From Dasania marina DSM 21967 (lineage in GTDB: Bacteria; Pseudomonadota; Gammaproteobacteria; Pseudomonadales; Dasaniaceae), in contig NZ_KB891575.1 of NCBI RefSeq assembly GCF_000373485.1, forward strand, positions 441,248-465,247: a stretch of DNA of 24,000 nucleotides, written 5' to 3'. The notes below the pieces were generated by a model that saw nothing but the letters and a program-made list of their open reading frames with translations, did no database searches and was not told the origin of the DNA. A program made the position numbers and the translations under genes. Below are positions 1-9,929 of the stretch, piece after piece (positions within the stretch are counted from its first letter, which is position 1; every line of letters begins with the position of its first letter).

Positions 1-1
1 A

Positions 2-826
2 CTGCTGCGCAGCTTGGGCATCAACCACACCATAGACTATATCAGCCGCTTTGGCTTCGATACTGAACAGCTGCCTAAAGACCTTTCTTTAGCGCTAGGC
101 AGCCATTCGGTAACGCCCTTGTCCATAGTGAGCGCCTACTCCGTTATTGCCAATGGCGGCTATAAAGTCATCCCTTATTTGGTAGACCGCATAGAAGCAC
201 TGGACGGCAGCATACTCTATAAAGCCAATCCTCCCACCGTGTGCCCACAATGTGAAAACAACAAAACTGCGCCAACCACAGAAGAAATGGCCACCCTAGA
301 AGACATTCTGCAGCAGGACGCACCACCCCCAGCAGCCGAACGAATTATAGAACCGCGGGTAGCTTATTTAATCGACAGCATGATGCGTGATGTAGTTAAA
401 AAAGGTACGGGTAGAAAGGCCCAGGTCCTACGTCGCAGTGACTTGGCAGGTAAAACCGGCACCACCAACGGCCCAACCGACGCTTGGTTTTCTGGTTATG
501 GCGGCGGCGTAGCAACCACCGCTTGGGTAGGCTTTGATAACAATGCGCTGCTGGGTAGACGCGAATATGGCGGCTCGGCCGCGTTACCTATATGGCTAGA
601 CTTTATGTCGCTGGCCTTGCAGGGCCGACCAGAGGTCAATCCCGTGCAGCCGGAAGGCATTATCACCGTGAAGATAGACCCCGACACTGGCCTACTGGCG
701 CAGCCCGGCCAGAGCAATGCGATTTTCGAATACTTTCGGGCAGAGAACGCCCCCAAACGAAGTAATCAAGCCAGCCCTAGCCCCAGTAACCTGTTAAATG
801 AAGAGCAACGCGAAGATATTTTTTAA
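2..826 (+). CDS. mrcA: Penicillin-binding protein 1A, C-terminal part (5' end lies outside the window)
   Basis: The reading frame is open from base 2. The transpeptidase KTG motif is seen as 'LAGKTGTTNGPTDAWFSGY', followed by 'GGSAALPIWLDFM', which is typical of class A PBPs. A low-complexity C-terminal tail follows. Confidence 0.85.
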   Translation: MLRSLGINHTIDYISRFGFDTEQLPKDLSLALGSHSVTPLSIVSAYSVIANGGYKVIPYLVDRIEALDGSILYKANPPTVCPQCENNKTAPTTEEMATLEDILQQDAPPPAAERIIEPRVAYLIDSMMRDVVKKGTGRKAQVLRRSDLAGKTGTTNGPTDAWFSGYGGGVATTAWVGFDNNALLGRREYGGSAALPIWLDFMSLALQGRPEVNPVQPEGIITVKIDPDTGLLAQPGQSNAIFEYFRAENAPKRSNQASPSPSNLLNEEQREDIF

Positions 827-842
827 CACCGTGCTGCCAGCC

Positions 843-2207
843 TTAAATAGCCTCCAAAGCCTCGGCCAACTTACTCACCCCTACCACCGTCATGCCCGCT
901 ATGGGCTGGCGGGGCATATTGGCCTTGGGCACAATGGCGCGACGAAAACCGTGTTTGGCCGCCTCTATAATACGCTCTTGGCCGCTGGGTACTGGGCGGA
1001 TTTCACCGGATAAACCCACCTCACCAAATACCACTAAATCCTCGGGCAGCGGCTGATCTCTAAAACTGGACACGATGGCCAGCAACAAAGCCAAGTCGGC
1101 GCTGGTCTCCAGCACCTTAACCCCGCCCACCACGTTAACAAATACGTCCTGATCGCCCACATGCAGACCGCCGTGCCTATGCAATACCGCCAACAGCATG
1201 GCTAAGCGATTTTGCTCCAGCCCCACCGCTACTCGGCGAGGGTTACCCAGCGAAGAGTCGTCCACCAACGCCTGAATCTCTACTAACAGTGGCCGGGTAC
1301 CTTCCCACACCACCATCACCAAGCTGCCAGATGACACCTCATCACCACGCGATAAAAAGATGGCCGAAGGGTTTTTCACCTCTTTCAAGCCTTGCTCCGT
1401 CATAGCAAACACACCCAACTCGTTAACCGCGCCAAAGCGATTTTTTTGCCCGCGCAGGGTTCTAAAGCGGCTATCCTCCGAGCCCTCCAATAAAATCGAA
1501 CAGTCGATCATATGCTCTAACACTTTGGGCCCCGCCAAGCTGCCATCTTTGGTGACATGGCCTACCAATAACAAAATAGTACCGGTCGCTTTGGCAAATC
1601 GCGTCAGCAAGGCGGCACATTCACGCACCTGCGAGACACTGCCCGGCGCCGAGCTAACACCTTCCATATGCACAACCTGTATGGAATCAATCACCAGCAC
1701 CTTAGGTTTGTGCTGTTGAGCTTGAGCGCAAATTTGATCGATATTCGTTTCTGTCAGCAGCTTGAGCTTATCGGTGGGCAGGCCCAGCCGGGCGGCCCGC
1801 ATGGCCACCTGTTGCAAGGACTCCTCGCCGGTCACATACAAAACCTCCTGCGTCTTCGCCAAATGGCAGAGGACTTGTAGCAATAAAGTACTTTTACCGG
1901 CGCCGGGATGCCCTCCCAATAGCACTGCCGAGCCATGCACTAGGCCGCCGCCCAGCACGCGGTCGAATTCTTCCATGCCACTACTCACTCTAGGCATGCT
2001 CTGCAGGTCTATCTCACTGAGGGTTTGCACCTTGCCACCGGCAGATCCAGCGTAGCCCTGTAAGCGCGTATCATTGGAGGGCCCAGCCGCCGCCAGAGTA
2101 ATCTCACTGAGCGTATTCCAAGCACCGCAGTCGTTACACTGGCCCTGCCACTTGCCGTAGTCGGAACCGCAATCATTGCAGACATAGGCGGTTTTTCTTT
2201 TTGCCAT
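843..2207 (-). CDS. radA: DNA repair protein RadA/Sms
   Basis: 454 aa. N-terminal zinc ribbon 'CNDCGSDYGKWQGQCNDCGAWNT', Walker A 'GGHPGAGKST', a KNRFG motif ('GQKNRFGAVNE') and a Lon-like C-terminal domain. Confidence 0.97.
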   Translation of the reverse strand: MAKRKTAYVCNDCGSDYGKWQGQCNDCGAWNTLSEITLAAAGPSNDTRLQGYAGSAGGKVQTLSEIDLQSMPRVSSGMEEFDRVLGGGLVHGSAVLLGGHPGAGKSTLLLQVLCHLAKTQEVLYVTGEESLQQVAMRAARLGLPTDKLKLLTETNIDQICAQAQQHKPKVLVIDSIQVVHMEGVSSAPGSVSQVRECAALLTRFAKATGTILLLVGHVTKDGSLAGPKVLEHMIDCSILLEGSEDSRFRTLRGQKNRFGAVNELGVFAMTEQGLKEVKNPSAIFLSRGDEVSSGSLVMVVWEGTRPLLVEIQALVDDSSLGNPRRVAVGLEQNRLAMLLAVLHRHGGLHVGDQDVFVNVVGGVKVLETSADLALLLAIVSSFRDQPLPEDLVVFGEVGLSGEIRPVPSGQERIIEAAKHGFRRAIVPKANMPRQPIAGMTVVGVSKLAEALEAI

Positions 2208-2380
2208 GAGCTAATCTCTTAAAAACGATGGTCTAAAAAATAGTTTTAAAAACATTCGCCTTACAAAACAAGGCGGCAGCGAATAGCGGCTATGCTATCA
2301 GCGTAAAAGGACTGGTGACAATGCAAGAGTCACCGTACAATAACAACCCGTTAAGCAACCCATAGTTACCCCAGCCAGTT

Positions 2381-2986
2381 ATGAGCAATAAAAGGCCTAG
2401 ATACCACACCAACTTTGATGACTTTTTGTCCTCGGGCAATCTTATGATCAACTATAACTGGCAGCCCAGCGCCAGAGTTGTGTCGGCTATCAGCGCTATG
2501 GGCATGCAGGAATACACGGTCAAAACGGACTTTAGGCGCGAATTTATTCTCTATTGCCAACAACAAGAGTTGCGCAATCAGCACGGCGACTGGGATCAAC
2601 TGTTTCTGGACTATGCCAAACAACGCTTGCAGGTTCCCGCAGCCAAGGCCACAACAGCTGCGCCAGCCAAACAAGCCTTACAGCCCTATACCCCAAATGC
2701 CGTGGTCGAGAGCAGCAATATCATGAGCGATGACTGGCAGCCCAGTGCCAATATGCTGGAATACATCACCGCCATGGTCTGCCCCAACTTAGACTACATC
2801 AACGCCCAGCTTATTAGCTTCACCAGCCACTACCACGGCAAAAGCCACCCCAATTGGGATCAACAATTTAAAAAGTGGATTAACCAAGGCTGGAATGTCT
2901 ATCAAAACAAAAACAGCTTTAAAGACGCCAGCAATAAAGATTTTGTTAAGCAGCACACCGACACCAGCTGGAGTGATGGGCTGTAA
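2381..2986 (+). CDS. Protein with two tandem DnaT C-terminal-like (ssDNA-binding type) domains
   Basis: Two internal repeats share a signature: 'NYNWQPSARVVSAISAMG...FILYC...WDQLFLDYAKQ' (about aa 24-81) and 'SDDWQPSANMLEYITAMV...LISFTSHY...WDQQFKKWINQGW' (about aa 116-171). This resembles my recollection of the E. coli DnaT C-terminus ('YPDWQPDADFIRLAALWG...FIAYW...WQQKLARSL'). No clear SD sequence precedes the ATG, so the start is uncertain. Confidence 0.6.
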   Translation: MSNKRPRYHTNFDDFLSSGNLMINYNWQPSARVVSAISAMGMQEYTVKTDFRREFILYCQQQELRNQHGDWDQLFLDYAKQRLQVPAAKATTAAPAKQALQPYTPNAVVESSNIMSDDWQPSANMLEYITAMVCPNLDYINAQLISFTSHYHGKSHPNWDQQFKKWINQGWNVYQNKNSFKDASNKDFVKQHTDTSWSDGL

Positions 2987-3003
2987 ATCATCAAGGCAAC
3001 GCT

Positions 3004-3672
3004 ATGCATAATAACAAGCTAATCGAACAAGTAGGCGCAAACATTAGCCAAGGTAAGCCCTCCGCCTATAACAAGGCGCAGCAACAAGCCCCGTTAAATG
3101 CCGAGCAAAAGCAGGCCTTAACCAATGCCATCAATCAATTATTTGCCGAGCTTGAGCTCACCTATCACAACCAATACCTCAAGGCCTTCTCCTCAGCTGA
3201 CAAACTAGGCTACGCCAAAAAGTTATGGTTTGATTATTTAAAAGGTTTTGCCCCTGACCGCATACTGCTGGCCTGCCGCAAGGCCACCCGCGAGTCGGAA
3301 TACCTGCCTACCATACATACCCTCATCAAATACTGTGAGGTGAGCACTGGTGAACTAGGCCTACCCGATACGTATCAAGCCTATATAGAAGCTTGCCAGG
3401 CACCGTCACCCAAAACCGAATATTCCTGGTCACACCCAGCGGTGTATTGGGCGGGCAAAGCCTCAGACTGGTTTTTTCTTAGCTCCAACATAGAAGCAAA
3501 AACACTGCCGGTCTTTAAGCGCCACTACGAAGCCCTGTGCGAACGCATTAAAAAGGGCGAAACTCTCGCCCCCCCCGAATATTTGGCCCTACCCAATGAC
3601 AAGGCCAAACCGCTAAGCAGCGAGCAAAAACGCGAACGTTTAGCGCAGCTACGCAAAGAGATAAAGCTATAA
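3004..3672 (+). CDS. Phage lambda replication protein P-like protein (helicase-loader family)
   Basis: 222 aa with an AAGG SD 8 nt upstream. Collinear motif matches to remembered lambda P are 'YLPTIHTLIKYC' vs 'FLPSPGQFVAWC', 'GLPDTYQAY' vs 'GLPNVSEL', 'YSWSHPAVYW' vs 'YPWKSNAHYW', and 'RIKKGETLAPPE' vs 'RINRGEAIPEP'. Confidence 0.6.
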   Translation: MHNNKLIEQVGANISQGKPSAYNKAQQQAPLNAEQKQALTNAINQLFAELELTYHNQYLKAFSSADKLGYAKKLWFDYLKGFAPDRILLACRKATRESEYLPTIHTLIKYCEVSTGELGLPDTYQAYIEACQAPSPKTEYSWSHPAVYWAGKASDWFFLSSNIEAKTLPVFKRHYEALCERIKKGETLAPPEYLALPNDKAKPLSSEQKRERLAQLRKEIKL

Positions 3673-3762
3673 AAAATTACAGCTGACTATCCAGCAACCC
3701 GGCACTATACTAAAACCTAATAATAACGAATCGGCCTAAACAACAGGATTTATTGACAGCCT

Positions 3763-4338
3763 ATGGACGCATCCACTCCCGACAACCCTGATTTAGTCTG
3801 GGATCTCAACCGCATCACCCATAAAAACCAAGCCATAAACTTTCTCAACCGTTTTGAAAGTTCACTCTGTGTATTCTCCAGCGCCGTCTCTCAGCTATAC
3901 GCTAACTACAAGATTCAAGCTATTAACAACGCCGAAAACCTCATTATATTGCCCGACCCCTATGCCTGGCATGACACCTTTCAGTCCGTACCCGCCAGCT
4001 GCATCAAAGGCACCGGTTTGTTTATCGTGCCCGGCAAAGCCATAGGTGGCAGCGAGGAGTTATACCTATTACAGCGCAGCCGCAAAACCGGTAAGTACAA
4101 CACCATGGAGCTAGACAAAGGCATAGCACTGGCCCGCAAAGCCACCGCAGGAAAATCTCCTTTTCTACCGGTGATTATGAATCAGGATTTGCGCCAACTC
4201 CCCAACCGCGCACCGTTATTACACCTGCATAGAGTCGATACCACGTTGTTAGCCCATCTCTCCGGCTTTCAAATTGACGATATAGCCCGCACCATCGTCA
4301 CCAAAATTGACACCCACCTGCTTAGAATCAACGGCTAA
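3763..4338 (+). CDS. Hypothetical protein, no recognised domain
   Basis: 191-aa ORF, co-oriented with and downstream of the DnaT-like and P-like genes. The only competing ORF here is a 63-aa one in another frame (3854-4045). I recognise no motifs. Confidence 0.5.
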   Translation: MDASTPDNPDLVWDLNRITHKNQAINFLNRFESSLCVFSSAVSQLYANYKIQAINNAENLIILPDPYAWHDTFQSVPASCIKGTGLFIVPGKAIGGSEELYLLQRSRKTGKYNTMELDKGIALARKATAGKSPFLPVIMNQDLRQLPNRAPLLHLHRVDTTLLAHLSGFQIDDIARTIVTKIDTHLLRING

Positions 4339-4422
4339 GCCCGCAACAACGCCAGCGTTTTTACTCTGTTTTTTTAGTAAAGAACCGCTACAATAGCCCG
4401 CATCAAAATTATAGGGCTAACC

Positions 4423-5172
4423 ATGTCGGATCAAAACACCACCCACTTTGGCTACAAAACCGTTAACAGCGATGAAAAACAAGGCTTAGTCGCCGGCGTA
4501 TTTCATTCTGTGGCCGCCAAATACGACCTTATGAATGACCTCATGTCAGCCGGCGTACACCGTATCTGGAAGCGCTTCACCATAGAGCTATCGGGCGTAC
4601 GCGCCGGCCATCAGGTTTTGGATATAGCGGGTGGCACCGGTGACCTAGCGGCAAAGTTCAGTAAACTAGTCGGCCCCGAAGGCCGTGTGGTATTAGCCGA
4701 TATTAACGAATCCATGCTGCGAGTAGGCCGCGACAAATTAACCGACCGAGGCATAGTGGGCAACATAGAATACGCCCAGGCCAACGCCGAAGCACTGCCC
4801 TTCCCAGACAACACTTTTGACTGCATTACCATCGCCTTTGGCCTGCGTAATGTCACCGACAAAGACAAAGCCCTGCGCTCTATGTTACGAGTGCTAAAAC
4901 CCGGCGGCCGCTTGTTAGTATTAGAATTTTCTAAACCGCAAAACGAATTACTCAGCAAAGCCTACGATGCCTACTCGTTTAATTTATTGCCGGTCATGGG
5001 CAAGCTGATTACCAACGATGCCGAAAGCTATCGCTACCTAGCCGAAAGCATACGTATGCATCCCGACCAAGAAACCTTAAAAAACATGATGGAACACGCT
5101 GGCTTTGCCCGCTGCGAGTTTCACAACATGACCGGTGGTGTCGTCGCCCTACACAAAGGCATTAAGCCCTAA
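4423..5172 (+). CDS. ubiE: Ubiquinone/menaquinone biosynthesis C-methyltransferase UbiE
   Basis: 249 aa. SAM-binding motif '[12 protein letters not shown]', plus '[13 protein letters not shown]' and '[13 protein letters not shown]', which are typical of UbiE/MenG. Confidence 0.97.
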   Translation: MSDQNTTHFGYKTVNSDEKQGLVAGVFHSVAAKYDLMNDLMSAGVHRIWKRFTIELSGVRAGHQVLDIAGGTGDLAAKFSKLVGPEGRVVLADINESMLRVGRDKLTDRGIVGNIEYAQANAEALPFPDNTFDCITIAFGLRNVTDKDKALRSMLRVLKPGGRLLVLEFSKPQNELLSKAYDAYSFNLLPVMGKLITNDAESYRYLAESIRMHPDQETLKNMMEHAGFARCEFHNMTGGVVALHKGIKP

Positions 5173-5798
5173 TGATTAGCCCCACCTTGCACACCGCAGG
5201 GCTGGCCGGTTTAGAGGCAGCCATCAATCAAGCCTTAACCCTAGACCCCGCCACCCAGGCAAAACTCAGCCAGTTGCACGGCCACGTTTTTCAATTACAA
5301 CTTACCTCTCCTGAGCTAAGTTTTTATTGCATACCCGGTGATAAAGAGCTGCGCCTATGTGGCATTTACGAAGGCGAGGCCGACACCAAGCTAAGCGGCA
5401 GTGCCAGCGATTTTTTTCAACTAGCCACCGCCAGTGATCCCGCCAACGCACTTATTAATGGCAAGCTAGAACTACACGGCGACAGCAACGCCTTAATCAC
5501 CCTACAAAAAATTGGCCAGCAGTTAGAGCTGGATTGGGAAGCCCCTATCGTCAATGTATTTGGTGATGTGGCCGGCCATATGCTCGCCAATAACTTGCGC
5601 AAAGGCTTTAGCTTTGCCAGCCAAGCCTTGAAAAGTTTTAAACGACAAAGCGAAGAATATATCAAAGAAGAAAGTGATTTATTGCCGCCGCGTTGGCAGG
5701 TAGAACAATTTTATAGTGAAGTAGAAAACCTACAATTGCGCACCGAAAGACTGGCCGCACGCATCAACAAACTCATCCAACAAAAAACACAGGGCTAG
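5172..5798 (+). CDS. ubiJ: Ubiquinone biosynthesis accessory factor UbiJ (SCP2 domain)
   Basis: 208 aa. The ATG overlaps the ubiE TAA by 1 nt (TAATG). It sits between ubiE and ubiE's usual partner ubiB. The SCP2-like region '[14 protein letters not shown]...LELDWE' and a C-terminal coiled coil match YigP/UbiJ. Confidence 0.85.
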   Translation: MISPTLHTAGLAGLEAAINQALTLDPATQAKLSQLHGHVFQLQLTSPELSFYCIPGDKELRLCGIYEGEADTKLSGSASDFFQLATASDPANALINGKLELHGDSNALITLQKIGQQLELDWEAPIVNVFGDVAGHMLANNLRKGFSFASQALKSFKRQSEEYIKEESDLLPPRWQVEQFYSEVENLQLRTERLAARINKLIQQKTQG

Positions 5799-5800
5799 CC

Positions 5801-7432
5801 GTGTCACGCATACAACGCATAGGTAAAATCGCTAGCATCGCCTTACGCTATCGCCTAGATACTTTCTTTAAGCACGACGCCATACCTGCAGCCATACGCA
5901 TACCCTTGCTGCCCCTGCGTTTGTTACCTGCCCCTACGCAAAGCCGTGGCGAACGCCTGCGCTTAGCCTTAATAGAGCTGGGCCCCATATTTATTAAGTT
6001 TGGCCAAATGCTATCTACTCGCCGCGACTTATTGGCTGATGATTTAATAGACGAGCTAGCCAAACTACAGGATCAAGTACCTCCTTTTTCCGAGCAGCAA
6101 GCCAAAACTATTATAGAGCAGGGCTTAGGCCAAACCGTAAGCGAACTGTTTGCCCAGTTTGACGATTCCCCTTTGGCTTCGGCCTCTATTGCGCAAGTAC
6201 ACAGCGCCGTCCTACACAGCGGCGAGCAAGTGGTGGTCAAAGTCGTGCGCCCCGGCATAGACAAAGTCATACAACAAGACACTAGGCTCATGCACGGCCT
6301 AGCTAAACTCATACACAAATACTCGGCCGACGGTCGACGCCTGCGCCCCATAGAAGTGGTAGAAGATTATCAACACACCATTTTTGATGAACTGGATTTA
6401 CAAAGGGAAGCGGCCAACACTTCACAGCTGCGGCGCAATTTTTTAAACAGCGGCAAGCTCTATGTACCGGAAGTGTATTGGGATTACACCCGCAATAATA
6501 TTTTAACCATGGAGCGCATAGACGGCATACCGGTTACCGATGTCGCCGCGTTAAAAGCACAAAATACTAACTTTAAATTATTGGCCGAACGCGGTGTAGA
6601 AATATTTTTTACCCAGGTGTTTCGCGACAGTTTTTTTCACGCCGACATGCACCCCGGCAATGTTTTTGTCTCCCGCAATCACCCCGACCAGCCTGAATAC
6701 ATAGGCATAGACTGCGCCATAATCGGCAGCCTTAATGATTTTGATCAGTATTATTTAGCGCGTAACTTACTGGCAATTTTTCAGCGTGATTATCGCGCTG
6801 TTGCCAAGCTGCACGTAGAGTGTGGCTGGGTGCCTCCGGAGACGCGGGTCAATGATTTTGAAGCCGCCATACGCAGCGTCTGCGAACCTATATTTGAAAA
6901 GCCTCTGGGCGAAATCTCTTTCGGCCAAGTGCTGCTCAATTTATTTCGCACCGCACGCCGCTTTGATATGGAGGTGCAGCCCTCGTTAGTCCTGCTGCAA
7001 AAAACCATGCTCAACATCGAAGGCCTAGGCCGTGAGTTATATCCAGAGCTGGATTTATGGGCCACCGCCAAACCCTTTTTAGAGCAGTGGCTAAAAGATC
7101 GCTACTCACCTACCGGATTGTTTAAGCGCCTGCGCCAAGACTGGCCCGACTTAATCGAGCAGCTACCCAAGGTACCGCAAGCGCTGCTCAGCGGTTTAGA
7201 GCAAAGCCAACAACTCACTCAGCTATGCCAGCAGCAAGGCCAACAACTCAACGCCCTGCAGCAGCAACTCAAGCAACAACGCCGCAATAAACGTTTGGGC
7301 AATGCCGCCTTAATCCTGCTGGCGGCTGCGGCCGTCATCGCCAGCCCAAGTTTAAGCCAGGCTATGCAAACCATGCCGCCCAGCAGCTGGCTACTATTAT
7401 TTGTCGGCGCCCTACTTTGGCTGCGGCACTAA
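5801..7432 (+). CDS. ubiB: Ubiquinone biosynthesis regulatory kinase-like protein UbiB (ABC1/ADCK family)
   Basis: 543 aa with a GTG start. Shows '[19 protein letters not shown]', '[10 protein letters not shown]', '[11 protein letters not shown]' and C-terminal transmembrane helices. Confidence 0.95.
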   Translation: MSRIQRIGKIASIALRYRLDTFFKHDAIPAAIRIPLLPLRLLPAPTQSRGERLRLALIELGPIFIKFGQMLSTRRDLLADDLIDELAKLQDQVPPFSEQQAKTIIEQGLGQTVSELFAQFDDSPLASASIAQVHSAVLHSGEQVVVKVVRPGIDKVIQQDTRLMHGLAKLIHKYSADGRRLRPIEVVEDYQHTIFDELDLQREAANTSQLRRNFLNSGKLYVPEVYWDYTRNNILTMERIDGIPVTDVAALKAQNTNFKLLAERGVEIFFTQVFRDSFFHADMHPGNVFVSRNHPDQPEYIGIDCAIIGSLNDFDQYYLARNLLAIFQRDYRAVAKLHVECGWVPPETRVNDFEAAIRSVCEPIFEKPLGEISFGQVLLNLFRTARRFDMEVQPSLVLLQKTMLNIEGLGRELYPELDLWATAKPFLEQWLKDRYSPTGLFKRLRQDWPDLIEQLPKVPQALLSGLEQSQQLTQLCQQQGQQLNALQQQLKQQRRNKRLGNAALILLAAAAVIASPSLSQAMQTMPPSSWLLLFVGALLWLRH

Positions 7433-7479
7433 AACATCTATGCCATAATGGCGACCTTATACACAGCAATAGAAGCACC

Positions 7480-7872
7480 ATGAGCCTAAACAACGACTTC
7501 CTCGATGAGCTACGCTGGAATAGCGACGGCCTTATCCCCGTCATCGCCCAAGACCACCAAAGCAAAGATGTGCTGATGGTGGCCTGGATGAACCGCGAGG
7601 CGCTGGCCCTAAGCGTGGCTGAAAACCGCGCCGTATACTGGTCGCGCTCACGGCAAAAGCTGTGGCGCAAAGGCGAAGAGTCCGGCCATGTGCAACATAT
7701 ACACGAAATACGCTTAGATTGTGACGAAGACGTGCTGATACTACAGATTGAACAAGTGGGAGGCATAGCCTGTCATACCGGTAGGCGCAGCTGTTTTTAC
7801 CGCAAGTTAGTAGACGGCGAGTGGCAAACTGTCGACGCTGTGATCAAAGACCCCAGTGATATCTACCAATAA
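7480..7872 (+). CDS. hisI: Phosphoribosyl-AMP cyclohydrolase HisI
   Basis: 'GLIPVIAQD...[12 protein letters not shown]...[20 protein letters not shown]...DCDEDVLIL...[12 protein letters not shown]'. I moved the start to the internal ATG at 7480 (MSLNNDF...). The track start at 7417 would overlap the ubiB end and add a non-conserved leader. Confidence 0.92.
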   Translation: MSLNNDFLDELRWNSDGLIPVIAQDHQSKDVLMVAWMNREALALSVAENRAVYWSRSRQKLWRKGEESGHVQHIHEIRLDCDEDVLILQIEQVGGIACHTGRRSCFYRKLVDGEWQTVDAVIKDPSDIYQ

Positions 7873-7888
7873 TTGAACCGAGCATGTT

Positions 7889-8218
7889 ATGAGTGACACC
7901 CTTAAAGCCCTGGGCACCGTATTAGAACAACGCAGAAATGCCTCGCCAGAGGACTCTTATGTAGCTAGCCTGCACCACAAAGGGCTGAATAAAATCTTAG
8001 AAAAGGTCGGTGAAGAGGCTATAGAAGTCGTTATCGCCGCTAAAGATGCAAAAAACAGTGGTGATAACCAGAATCTGATTTATGAAACTGCCGATTTGTG
8101 GTTTCATAGCTTGGTTATGCTTTCGCACCTAGGTGAAAGCCCTCAGGCCGTACTAGATGAATTGGCCAAGCGCTTCGACCTATCGGGCTTAGAAGAGAAA
8201 GCCAACCGACAACAATAA
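7889..8218 (+). CDS. hisE: Phosphoribosyl-ATP pyrophosphatase HisE
   Basis: 109 aa. 'SYVASL...[18 protein letters not shown]...E.ADLWFH.LV.L' is typical of HisE, and the gene directly follows hisI. Confidence 0.93.
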   Translation: MSDTLKALGTVLEQRRNASPEDSYVASLHHKGLNKILEKVGEEAIEVVIAAKDAKNSGDNQNLIYETADLWFHSLVMLSHLGESPQAVLDELAKRFDLSGLEEKANRQQ

Positions 8219-8247
8219 TGAATAATCGCAATGTAGTGGAGTAAGTT

Positions 8248-8469
8248 ATGGGTTTAGGCGGAATAGGAATTTGGCAATTACTAATTATCTTGGTCATCGT
8301 AATCATGTTATTTGGCACCAAGCGACTTAAAAACCTAGGCGGCGACTTAGGCGGCGCTATCAAGGGCTTTAAAAAGTCCATGCAGTCTGAAGAACCGGAA
8401 GAGGCCGAGGATAAAACCTTAGCCGACGAAAAAGCCGACAGCGATAAGCCCGACACCAACAAAAGCTAA
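8248..8469 (+). CDS. tatA: Twin-arginine translocase subunit TatA
   Basis: 73 aa. '[37 protein letters not shown]' is the transmembrane plus amphipathic-helix signature. A GGAG SD lies upstream. Confidence 0.93.
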   Translation: MGLGGIGIWQLLIILVIVIMLFGTKRLKNLGGDLGGAIKGFKKSMQSEEPEEAEDKTLADEKADSDKPDTNKS

Positions 8470-8514
8470 GCCCCTAGCGGCTTAGCGTCAGCTTTCCCAG
8501 CCTGTAGATACCCT

Positions 8515-9021
8515 ATGTTTGACATTGGTTTTCAAGAGATACTCATGGTTTCGGTTTTGGCCCTGCTTATTATGGGGCCAGAACGGCTGCCGGGAGCGAT
8601 ACGCACCGGTAGCCTATGGCTGGCCAAGCTGCGCCGTAGTTTTTCGGAAATGAAGGCTGAAATAGAAAACGAAGTGGGTATCAATGCCGATGATATACGC
8701 ATGCAGCTACACAATGAGGGCGTGCTCAAAAGCATAGAGAAAAGTAAGCAGCAGCTAAAAGACGGGGTCGATGCGCTCAACATCAAAGGCGACTTACAAG
8801 AGCTGGCCAAAGCCATAGACCCGGCCTCAGATGCCACCCCGCCCGAATTTAGCCGCGCCGCGCAACAAGCCAAAGCTGCTAAAGAGGCACTGCAAGCCGC
8901 CGTCGACAACCCTCCTGAGCCCGCCAATCCGACTCGCGCCCCCGACCAAGATGAAGATGACGCAGGTACTCATAAGGCAAGCCAACCCAGCCCCGCCGAC
9001 AACAAGCCAGAAACGCCATGA
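8515..9021 (+). CDS. tatB: Twin-arginine translocase subunit TatB
   Basis: 168 aa. 'MFDIGFQEILMVSVLALLIMGPERLP' is a TatB-type N-terminus. It lies between tatA and tatC and overlaps tatC by 4 nt. Confidence 0.9.
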   Translation: MFDIGFQEILMVSVLALLIMGPERLPGAIRTGSLWLAKLRRSFSEMKAEIENEVGINADDIRMQLHNEGVLKSIEKSKQQLKDGVDALNIKGDLQELAKAIDPASDATPPEFSRAAQQAKAAKEALQAAVDNPPEPANPTRAPDQDEDDAGTHKASQPSPADNKPETP

Positions 9022-9782
9022 GCGATCTTAAAGATGCCAGCCAATCGCTGATAGACCACCTCACCGAATTACGAGATCGCCTATTGCGCAGCGTACTGGC
9101 CATACTGTTGGTGTTTATCTGCCTGTTTGCCTTTGCCAATGACATCTACGCCTTTGTGTCTGAACCCCTGCGCTCGCTATTACCCGCAGGCACTACCATG
9201 ATAGCCACCGATGTCGCCTCGCCGTTTTTAACGCCGTTTAAACTGACCTTAGTCGCCTCATTGGTCATCGCTATGCCCTTTGTACTATTTCAGGCTTGGG
9301 GCTTTATTGCACCGGGTATGTATAAACATGAAAAGCGTATAGCCATCCCCCTATTTATCTCCAGCGTAGTCTTGTTCTATGCCGGCCTAGCCTTTGCTTA
9401 CTATGTGGTGTTTCCACTGGTGTTTGGCTTTTTCAGCGCCGTAGGGCCAGAGGGCGTAGCCTACACCCCCGACATCGCCCGCTTTTTAGATATCGCCCTA
9501 AAACTATTTTTTGCCTTTGGCATTGCCTTTGAGATCCCCGTAGCCACTATGATGTTGATTTGGGCTGGCATAGCCGAGCCCGATTCGCTGGCTGAAAAAC
9601 GTCCTTACGTCGTCGTCGGCTGCTTTATCGCCGGCATGTTTTTAACTCCTCCCGACGTAATTTCACAGGCGCTACTCGCCGTACCTATGTGGCTATTATT
9701 TGAGCTGGGTTTGTTTTTTGGCCGCTTTATACAAAAAGACAAACAGGCCACTGCAAACAACGACACGGCTAGCGACGAGTAG
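9018..9782 (+). CDS. tatC: Twin-arginine translocase subunit TatC
   Basis: 254 aa, polytopic. 'LIDHLTELRDRLL', 'PFKLTL', 'PGMYKHEKR' and 'LTPPDVISQ' are typical of TatC. Confidence 0.95.
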   Translation: MSDLKDASQSLIDHLTELRDRLLRSVLAILLVFICLFAFANDIYAFVSEPLRSLLPAGTTMIATDVASPFLTPFKLTLVASLVIAMPFVLFQAWGFIAPGMYKHEKRIAIPLFISSVVLFYAGLAFAYYVVFPLVFGFFSAVGPEGVAYTPDIARFLDIALKLFFAFGIAFEIPVATMMLIWAGIAEPDSLAEKRPYVVVGCFIAGMFLTPPDVISQALLAVPMWLLFELGLFFGRFIQKDKQATANNDTASDE

Positions 9783-9929
9783 GCGATTTAATTGCAGGGT
9801 TTGGGTTACAAAGCCCGCGCTTTCCGCTAGGCTATGCGGTTTTAATTTGGCGGTTATATAAGGCCTGATCAATACCGCTCTACGCCTTATTCCACCCTGA
9901 TTAGCACCCTTTGTGCGCCCGGCTACCTT

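Noticed and set aside
496-2055. Several 70-119 aa ORFs antisense to or overlapping mrcA and radA (496-756, 798-1013, 1360-1719, 1668-1880, 1762-2055).
   Set aside because: They lie entirely inside well-supported conserved genes on the opposite strand or in another frame. They have Ser/Pro/Cys/Arg-rich, low-information compositions and no motifs. These are typical shadow ORFs.
2208-4422. The radA-ubiE insert as an intact prophage or integrative element.
   Set aside because: It contains only three genes. There is no integrase, tRNA or flanking direct repeats that I could see, and no obvious compositional shift. I kept it as a finding about an orphan module, not as a mobile_element feature.
7417-7479. 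The 21-codon N-terminal extension of hisI offered by the ORF track ([21 protein letters not shown]).
   Set aside because: It overlaps the ubiB 3' end and is not part of the conserved HisI core. The internal ATG at 7480 gives a protein of normal HisI length beginning just before the conserved 'GLIPVIAQD' block.
4611-7766. Antisense ORFs inside ubiE, ubiJ, ubiB and hisI (4611-4958, 5417-5665, 5848-6063, 6073-6351, 6790-7071, 7362-7766).
   Set aside because: The reasoning is the same. They are embedded in strongly conserved genes, are Cys/Ser/Arg-rich and have no recognisable domains.
8532-9145. Antisense and alternate-frame ORFs over tatB and tatC (8532-8927, 8831-9031, 8879-9145).
   Set aside because: They overlap well-supported tat genes. 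Their Ala/Ser/Pro-rich composition mirrors the low-complexity TatB tail.
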